Below are positions 55,440 to 64,000 of a DNA stretch of 64,000 nt, one piece after another. Origin of the DNA: Octopus sinensis. Taxonomy: Eukaryota. The stretch lies in contig NW_021834487.1 in the NCBI RefSeq assembly GCF_006345805.1, positions 186,001 to 250,000 of the forward strand, read 5' to 3'. Below the pieces are notes generated by a model that saw only the letters and a program-made list of their open reading frames with translations, ran no database searches and was not told where the DNA came from. Made by a program: the position numbers and the translations under genes. Numbering within the stretch: the stretch's first letter is position 1; the number at the start of each line of letters is the position of its first letter.

Positions 55440-55899
55440 TGTGTGTGTATGTGTGTGTGTGTGTGTGTGCAACTCGGCCAGTCAATCTTACAGGGTGCAC
55501 CATAGGAAACATGGATTGATTCCGAAAATGGCGAGGTGTGAATTATAAATTATTAAGGTGGCTATTCGCAACCTAGCACCGAAAGCAACAATTATAGTCG
55601 CCATTAAGTGACGGAGGGTGCTAGTAAGCTGTGGCTATATATGTATGTTTATATGTGTGTATGCGTGCGGATGAGCGAACACATATCCGTGTGAATGTAT
55701 ATAGACATGTGCGCACAAGTATACTTATGAATGTTTGTGTCTGTCTGTGCATGCGTTTGAAAGTTTGCAGCCACAGTGTCAAAAGCCCTGAATCAGACAA
55801 TGGCATCATGCTTGACTGAACTCATAGCCACCAGATCTCAAAGGTTTACACACGCTGAGCCGTTCAATGTAATACCCCTCGATATACATTACGTTCTAG

Positions 55900-56112
55900 G
55901 GCGGCGAGCTGGCAGAATCGTTAGTACGCCGGGCGAAATGCTTAGTGAGATTTCTTTCGCCGGTAATTCGTGCTGAGTTCAAATGCCGTCAAAGTCATCT
56001 TTGCCTTTCGTCTTTTCGGAGTCAATTAAATAAGTACCAGTTACGCACTGGGGTCGATGTAATCGACTTAATCTCTTTGTCTGTCCTTGTTTGTTCTCAT
56101 GTAGGCAATAAA
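55900..56112 (+). mobile_element. SINE family B
   Basis: GGCGGCGAGCTGGCAGAATCGTTAG..AAGTACCAGTTACGCACTGGGGTCGATG. Confidence 0.88.
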
Positions 56113-56759
56113 TATACACTTGGTTCTTTGTATTTCTATTTCTTTCCTTTTAGCAATAACATCATGACCCAAAAAATTAACATCCCCACCCAATTCATGT
56201 TCGATGCTTTGTGCTTTTATTCTTGTATTTTCTTCCCAAGCAAATCCTCCTCACTAGAACACATGCATCCGAACTGCTACATTCACTCAATACCATCATT
56301 TACCCTGAAGCACAATCGAAATGTAAATTTGTGAACTCATAAGCATATTATGCCACCTGAAGACGCTCTTTTGCACTGTGCCATGCATCTGGTTTCCTTG
56401 CATCATCCCACATCCTCTAGGAAATAGTGCAACATGAAGTTGAAACAATTGTTGTATTAGTATAATGCATTTTGTTAAATTCAGCCTTCTCTATTCATCT
56501 TCCATATATGCCCTCCGTGCACCCTGGAATTTCTGGACGTAGATCCAACGATGAATCCAAAGAATCCACAATGACACCTGGTAGCCATAAATGGTGAACG
56601 TACTCTGCAGGGACACTAACTGGAACTCACCCAGAAACAAGGTTTGGATACTGCATTTAATACCTCTGTTTGGAGCCTTAATTTTTAAACTTTAAATTCG
56701 ACTTATGTATGTATGTATGTATGTATGTATGTATGTATGTATGTATGTATGTATGTATG

Positions 56760-56797
<38 letters not shown>

Positions 56798-56816
56798 CAT
56801 ACATACATACATACAT

Positions 56817-57205
56817 AAGCGCAGGAGTGGCTGTGCCGTAAGTAGCTTGCTTACAACCACATGGTTCCGGATTTAGTCCTACTGCGTGGCATCTTGGACA
56901 AGTGGCATCTACTATAGCCTCGGGTTTGGTAGACGGAAGCTGAAAGAAGCCCGTCATATATATATATATATATATGTATGTATATATGTATGTATTTATG
57001 CATGCATGTATGTATGTGCATGTGTTTGTGTGTCTATGTTTGTCTCCACCTCCATCACTTGACAACTGATGTTGGTGTGTTTACGTCCCCGTATCTGAGC
57101 GGTTCGACAAAAGAAACCCGATAGAATAAGTACTAGGCTTACAAAGAATGAGTCCCGGGGTCGATTTGTTCACCTAATGACTGAAACAAATATAAGAATA
57201 AAAGA
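56817..57205 (+). mobile_element. SINE family A, near full length
   Basis: Family A consensus. Confidence 0.88.
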
Positions 57206-57382
57206 ATATATATACATACATACACACATACATAATAAATACATGCATACATACATGCATACAATCAGTTTTCTTTTAGTTTTCTCATTCATTAGCTATC
57301 GGTGTGGATTTTTCTATATTTGAGAGGATTGAATCAATAGACATTCCTCCTGCAGTTTCTGAAGACCGATTTTCATTCTGTA

Positions 57383-57592
57383 TACTCTTACTCTTTTACT
57401 TGTTTCAGTCATTTGACTGCGGCCATGCTGGAGCACCGCCTTTAGTCGAACAAATCGACCCCGGGACTTATTCTTTGTAAGCCTAGTACTTATTCTATCG
57501 GTCTCTTTTAGCCGAACCGCTAAGTGACAGGGACGTAAACACACCAGCATCGGTTGTCAAGCAATGCTAGGGGGACAAACACAGACGCACAA

Positions 57593-57631
<39 letters not shown>

Positions 57632-57795
57632 CGACAGGCTTCTTTCAGTTTCCGTCTACCAAATCCACTCACAAGGCATTGGTCGGCCCGGGGCTATAGC
57701 AGAAGACACTTGACCAAGGTGCCACGCAGTGGGGCTGAACCCGGAACCATGAGGTTGGTTAGCAAGCTACTTACCACACAGCCACTCCTGCGCCT
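57383..57795 (-). mobile_element. SINE family A, full length
   Basis: Family A consensus. Confidence 0.92.
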
Positions 57796-58837
57796 AGGAA
57801 ATTTTCCTTCAAAATTGCAAGAAGAAATTTAATGAAAAAATATTCATCTTTGATACAAATTGCCGAGAACTTAGGACTGCTGTAGCAAAATTATTTAAGA
57901 TAACCTTGGGGTGGTTAAATTGTTTAGATATATTACTATATGTTTATGTATATAATCTGTAAGGAAAGTCAAATCTGTTATGCAATTTTAAGATATTCAG
58001 AAATTTTCTGTAATAAGTTTAGTATCAATAACACTAAGTGGACCAAAATAGCTTTTAAAGAGATATAAAATTTCTGAAATCTATCAGTAAACCGAGTGTT
58101 GGAGTTTGTAAGAACCAGATCATCTTTTCGGAACAGACTCCCCAAGAAACAAGGAAATCTACGTCTTGGATTATGAGATAAGAATAAATCAATAATATCA
58201 CTAACCTCGGCGGCGTTGATGGCATCTGTACTAACATTAAAGAGTTTATTTAGAGGATTTTAAGTTCAGATAGAGTGATCATAATTAATAACATTTTCCC
58301 TAAACTGCATAATAATATCTCTTTCGGCCTCGATAATATCAGTAATGGAACTAGGAAAATTATGAGTGTTAATAAGTAAGGGTTTAATTATCGAAGCGTA
58401 ATAATACTAGATATCAATTTGAACGAATTTAGAATCGATTTATTCGGAAGAGATTGAGATAAATTAATGTCGGCTTATGCATTGTTCCGTGGTTAAGAGA
58501 GAAACTTCCTAAATCTTTGGGTCTTATCTAAGAGGATCCTATCTTAAGTATTCTTGCTAATTATACCACTGTCCAATTTAGTAGGATTTATAAGTCTGAT
58601 GAAGAGATTAATAGGAAAGCTGAGAAGTAGACTTGGAAAGCAAAGTACGTTTCCTTTGGGTCGACGAAATTTCTGGTAAACACCTGGCCGTAGATATTGA
58701 TAATATTCCGTGTATACAATGGAATTTTCCGCTATAATTCACCTCAAAATGTATCCGAACTACGTTGAATGATGAGAACAGGTTGAGAAATAGGGTTTCA
58801 AATAATACGTATGATTCTCATTTTCATTTTCGAATAC

Positions 58838-58919
<82 letters not shown>

Positions 58920-59030
58920 ATCTATCTATCTATCTATCTATCCATTTATCTATCTATTTATCTATCCATCTATCCATATATTTATCTACCTATATACCAA
59001 TCTATTAAACCTCTCTCTAGCTCTCCTCTG

Positions 59031-59064
<34 letters not shown>

Positions 59065-59154
59065 CATACATATATACGTACACGTATTTATATATGTATA
59101 TAGGCACGTGTGTGTGTGTATGTGTGTATGTGCGCGCGCGCGTGCGTGTACGAG

Positions 59155-59985
59155 CGTGACAGAATTAGTACTATGTTAAATATACACACTCGATGGGAAA
59201 GGTTCAGAAGTATGGACCATGATTTCAGCATGCTTGAAGTGACAACAACAAAATTCAACGAACTACGATCTCCGCTGGTTTGCTTGCTCGTCACCGCTCA
59301 ACTCATGGACACAAGCAACGATTTCTTTACCGAATTGTTACTGGCAACGAAAAATGGTGCCTGTACATCAATATGAAGCAGCGTAAGGAACGGCTTATCC
59401 CCGGTAAACAAGTGACACCGCGCGTGAAGCAAGATCTTCATCCGCGTAAAACGATGTTGTGCATACAGTGGGACTGGGAAGGGATTATACATTACGAATT
59501 GCTTGAACGGAACCAAACGGTCAACTCGGAACTCTATGTTCAACAGATGGAATGACTCAACACGGCTATTCAAGAGAAAAGACCTAATCGTCAGTATGAA
59601 GTTCTTCTGCTGTACGACAAGGCCCGCCCTCATATCGCCAACATGACCAAGGAAGCCATTCAAACGCATGGCTGGGAAGTGCTGCCACACATGCCGTACT
59701 CTCCTGATTTGGCACCAACCAATTGCCACCTCTTTCGATCTCTTTCAAATGATATGCGCGGAGTTTCGTTCAATACTGATGCAGAGTTCAGAGCTTGGTT
59801 GGATCAATTTTTCGAGTCGAAAACGGGTGATTTCTACCAACGAGGTATTGAAAACCTTATTGAATGTTGGGAAGAAGTTGTAAACAACAAGGGTGAAATC
59901 ATTATTGATTAATTAGTTATTTTTTATTAAACCTTTGAAAAAAATAAAATTTTATAAATTGACGGGAACTTAGTTACCAAACTAA
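59155..59985 (+). mobile_element. 5'-truncated mariner (catalytic domain + 3' TIR), with stops
   Basis: HSMGKVQK, FLYRIVTGNEKWCLY, KTMLCIQWDWEG, EVLPHMPYSPDLAPTNCHLFRSLSN, GIENLIECWEEVVNNKGE. TIR ends ACCAAACTAA|TA. Confidence 0.9.
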
Positions 59986-60033
59986 TAGATGGTGAATATG
60001 CACCGGAATAATCATTTAAAGATGTTTTGTTAC

Positions 60034-60205
60034 AGGCGCAGGAGTGGCTGTGTGATGAGTAGCTTTTTTACCGACCACATGGTTCCGGGTTTAGTCCCAC
60101 TGCGTGGCACCTTGGTCACGTGTCTTCTACTGTAGCCTCGGGCCGACCAAAGCCTTGTGAGTAGATTTGGCAGACGGAAACTGAAAGAAGCCCATCGTAT
60201 AAATG
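60034..60205 (+). mobile_element. SINE family A head half
   Basis: AGGCGCAGGAGTGGCTGTGTG..GAAAGAAGCCCATCG, ending at (TA)n. Confidence 0.88.
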
Positions 60206-60375
60206 TATATATATATATGGGGAGAATTCACAAAAAAAAGACAAAAGAAGACAGGGGGTGTAGACAACAGACAGATGTATTAGTTTAACGTTTGGGAAGT
60301 GAAAAAGTCTTTAACGTTTCAAGCTTACGCTCTTCCACAGAAGGGAACACAGAAAGAAACAAGCAGAGAAAATAA
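60205..60375 (-). mobile_element. Penelope-like terminal fragment with a variant hammerhead-like motif
   Basis: Minus strand ctt-CTGTGGA-AGAGC(GTAA)GCTT-GAAACGTTA-aag; the core deviates from CUGANGA. Confidence 0.4.
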
Positions 60376-60975
60376 TGATGTGTAGTTACACACGCATACA
60401 TACATATACACATACATATACACATACATATATATACATGCATATATATGTTATTTGTATACAAACCTTGGCTGTAATAGTGATCATGTAGGTAGCATTA
60501 CATTTTTTAAAAGACCATTTGCATTAAAATTGCTGAAATGTAAACATTTATTCATTCCTTATTTTATTTATTTATTTACTTATTTATTCATTCATTCATT
60601 CATTTATTTAAGTGGAAATTGAAAAATCCTGGATATGCCAATCCTATACATAGATACCCAGACCCACAGACACGAAACCTTACAAAATCTTAGGCATTCG
60701 TATACAAAAGCATAAACTGAGACAACAACTCCATTTTCTATTCTGTTTCATTGAATTCACAAACGCACTTTTCATCTGAATATATACTATAAATATTAAC
60801 ATATGTGAGTGTTTTTGCTCGTATTTATCTTATACACATACGTATGTATATATATATGTATATATATGTATGTATATATGTATGTATCCGGATGTTTTGC
60901 GTTCTTGTCTCATTTTGTATTTTATATATATATATATATAATATTATATATATATATTATATATATATAATATAT

Positions 60976-61568
60976 CTTTACTCTTTTACTCTTTTAATTG
61001 GAACTCTATGTTCAACAGATGGAATGACTCAACACGGCTATTCAAGAGAAAAGACCTAATCGTCAGTATGGAGTTCTTCTACTGCACGACAAAGCCCGCC
61101 CTCATATCGCCAACATGACCAAGGAAGCCATTCAAACGCATGGCTGGGAAGTACTGTCACACCTGCCGTACTCTCGTGATTTTGCACCAACCGATTGCCA
61201 CCTCTTTCCATCTCATGTGACTGTGGCCATGCTGGATAACCGCCTTTAGTCGAGCAAATCGACCCCAGGACCTATTCTTTGTAAACCTAGTACTTATTCT
61301 ATCGGTCTCTCTTTCCGAACCGCTAAGTGATGGGGACCTAAACACACCACTATCGGTTATCAAGCGATGCTGGAGGGGCAAACACAGACACACAAACATA
61401 TACACGACGGCCTTCTTTCAGTTTCTGTCTACCAAATCCACTCACAAGGCTTTGGTTGGCCCGAAGGTATAGTAGAAGACTCTTGCCCAAGGTGCCACGC
61501 AGTGGGACTGAACCAGGGACTATGTGCTTCGTAAGCAAGCTACTTACCACACAGCCACTCCTACGCCT
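60976..61568 (-). mobile_element. SINE family A with a 214-bp mariner fragment inserted in its tail
   Basis: SINE tail TACTCTTTTACTCTTTTA at 60976-60996 and SINE body from 61215. The insert at 61001-61214 matches 59529-59742. Confidence 0.88.
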
Positions 61569-61606
<38 letters not shown>

Positions 61607-61652
61607 GCAATAATAATTCTCTAAACGAGATATAGACAGTAACTGCTCCATA

Positions 61653-61793
61653 ACAAAAGGGACATTAGCCATTTGAATGTGGCTAGGGACAGGGCAGGGC
61701 AGTGGGGGTGTTACTGGGGCTAAATGCATCAGTAACACCCCCACCGCCCTGCCCTGTCCCTAGCCACATTCAAATGGCTAATGTCCCTTTTGT
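61653..61793. repeat. Near-perfect 64-bp inverted repeat with a 13-nt loop (MITE-like hairpin)
   Basis: Arm 61653-61716 is the reverse complement of 61730-61793 with one mismatch. Confidence 0.95.
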
Positions 61794-61823
61794 ATATATT
61801 ATATATATATATATATATGTATG

Positions 61824-61883
<60 letters not shown>

Positions 61884-61939
61884 ATATTATATATATATAT
61901 ATGTGTGTGTGTGTATGTATGTATGTATATATATATATA

Positions 61940-62105
61940 CGTAGTCAGATCGATTAATATCCGGACTTTTGGTATAGTAACGAAGCTAAAGCACGCAAAG
62001 TGAAACCGCTTGGCGTAGACCCACCTTCATTCCAGCCACTGCTATAAACATCGAAAGTGAGCTAGAACGTTAAAACTTGGTACGCATGCACAACAGTGTT
62101 CAAAG
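61940..62105 (+). mobile_element. Possible mariner 5' TIR/UTR remnant
   Basis: TA|CGTAGTCAGATCGATTAATATCCGGACT resembles mariner TIRs; no partner TIR found. Confidence 0.35.
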
Positions 62106-62127
62106 GCTTATTTTAACTCATGTCCAT

Positions 62128-62172
62128 TGTCCAGATATCTTTCGTCACACAACTGTGATCTCTTCAGCGACA
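62128..62172 (-). ncRNA. Degenerate minimal hammerhead (Penelope-like terminus)
   Basis: Minus strand tgtcg-CTGAAGA-gatcaca(gttg)tgtgac-GAAAGATATCT-G-gaca. Palindromic AGATATCT stem III, but G at the cleavage position. Confidence 0.45.
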
Positions 62173-62280
62173 TTTCTCGTGTTCGTGTTTGTTCTTGTTT
62201 TACTTACTCTATTCTTTCCAGAATACCTGTTTCAACACACGCTTTCACATTCGAAATCTTGCAAAACGAACTGATAAACT

Positions 62281-62350
<70 letters not shown>

Positions 62351-62723
62351 CAATAAAATGAAGCAACAAATTTCTAATCGAAATTTGATATAAAGAGACA
62401 GAAAATACAACACAGTGAAGCCGCCAAGAAAAGAAAAGACGGTTGAAGAGACTGGACCAGAATGGAGAAGGTATGTACCTAGGAAATTCTGTAACGCATC
62501 ACACTCGTCGAAGACAATGTGTTATGCAGTATAAAATTGGCGCACCGAACGGTGGGACAGAACCTCAGGCTACATAGCTACGAAACGAACCTCTTAACTA
62601 TACAGTAATTCTACTGCCATATGTCCATGCACACTTGTATGTGTATACGTGTGTGTGTGACTGTGTGTGTGCGTATGTATGTATGTATGTATGTATGTAT
62701 GTATGTATGTATGTATGTATGTA

Positions 62724-62754
<31 letters not shown>

Positions 62755-63441
62755 ATGTGTGTGTGTATGTATGTATGTATGTGTGTGTGTGTGTGTGTAT
62801 GTATGCATAGCTTCTGTGCCTTTGCGCGTAAACGTGAGAAAAATCTGTTCTTTTTTATCCTGAATACATAACATCGAAGAGTGACAACTGTTTAAAATTA
62901 CACACTTACACATAAATGTGTATACATACATGTACGTGCGTGTATACAGACACACACATACGCACACACACACACGCACACATACACATACACACGCACA
63001 CACATACACACACACACACAAGCAGATCATACAGATATGTGCCCATTCATACATACATTTGTACGTACATTTATGCATACAAACATACATACATACATAC
63101 ATACATACATACATACATACCATTGTGGACAGATCCTATTTGCAATCTGCACGCTATTTTACTCGCTATTCGCTAGAGGTGTCCCATTTATAATCCTCTA
63201 CCACTCGATTTACGCGCTTTCGAACATATTACGAAATTGCATCTGACTCTAATTACATAATTAGCTAACTCGTAATGCACAATTAGCCTGAACCTAAATG
63301 AAAACTACCCTAACCTCCAAACAATTCTAGCTAACTTCCTTACAATACTCAACCAAATTCTTTTGGTCCTTACGCTACTTACGTATTTACAGTTTTCTGC
63401 CATACCTACAATGTACAAATTATATATCTAGTTCAACACGG

Positions 63442-63518
63442 TCCTTGGTAGTATAGTGGTAAGTATCCCCGCCTGTCACGCGGTAGACCGGTGTTCGATT
63501 CCTCGCCGTCTCGGGGAG
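63442..63518 (+). tRNA. tRNA-Asp(GTC): tRNA-Asp(GTC)-like gene, probably a pseudogene
   Basis: TCCTTGGTAGTATAGTGGTAAGTATCCCCGCCTGTCACGCGGTAGACCGGTGTTCGATTCC closely follows eukaryotic tRNA-Asp. It has mismatches in the anticodon and T stems and about 5 extra nt before the 3' acceptor strand. Confidence 0.8.
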
Positions 63519-63547
63519 ACGTTAACGCTGCCATTGTTTCGTTTTAT

Positions 63548-63990
63548 AGGCGTAGGAGTGGCTGTGTGGAAAGTAACTTGCTTACGAACCACATGGTTCC
63601 GGGTTCAGTCCCAATGCGTGGCACCACGGACAAGTGTCTTCTGCTATAGCCTCGGGCCGACCGAAGCCTTGTGAGTGGATTTGGTAGACGGAAACAGAAA
63701 GAAGCTCGTCGTATATATATATGTGTGTGCGTGTGTGTGTGTGCGCGTATGTATGTATGTATGTGTGTGTATATGTTTGTGTGTCTGTGTTTGTCCCCTT
63801 CCCAACATCGCTTGACAACCGATGCTGGTGTGTCTACGTCCCCGTAAATTAGCGGTTCGGCAAAAGAGACCGATAGAATAAGTACTAGGTTTACAAAGAA
63901 TAAGTCCTGGGGTCGATTTGCTCGACTAAAGGCGGTGCTCCAGCATGGCCATAGTCACATGACTGAACCAAGTAAAAGAGTAAAAGAGTA
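63548..63990 (+). mobile_element. SINE family A, full length
   Basis: Family A consensus with (GTAAAAGA)n tail. Confidence 0.92.
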
Positions 63991-64000
63991 TACAAACTCT

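Noticed and set aside
58590-58640. CTGATGA...GAAAGC motif
   Set aside because: The intervening sequence cannot form stem II

Overview
This is AT-rich eukaryotic DNA, saturated with microsatellites and transposons. The SINE families and repeat content point to an octopus genome (inference). I recognise no host protein-coding gene with confidence: most ORFs in the track are translations of (TA)n/(CA)n/(TAGA)n/(GAA)n tracts, and the rest are dead transposon fragments or unrecognised chance ORFs. Contents: about 20 copies of a tRNA/CORE-type SINE with an internal microsatellite, about 14 copies of a second SINE, and minor SINEs. Mariner elements include a full-length but frameshifted Hsmar1-like copy at 51.8-53.1 kb. 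LINE fossils belong to the RTE, CR1 and L1/Tx1 clades. There are non-autonomous Helitrons and a decayed Helitron PIF1 helicase, a hAT MITE, two fold-back hairpins and a degenerate tRNA-Asp. The most interesting signal is a set of minimal type I hammerhead ribozymes of the Penelope/retrozyme kind. Two of them lie in tandem direct repeats 427 nt apart (14.2-15.0 kb, minus strand), have self-complementary ACCGGU stem III, and sit between Helitron-like termini. This is a candidate retrozyme predicted to release a 427-nt monomer or circRNA. Two more intact-core hammerheads lie at 3.9 and 4.9 kb, with several decayed ones elsewhere. All structures were read by eye, and SINE/LINE boundaries are approximate.
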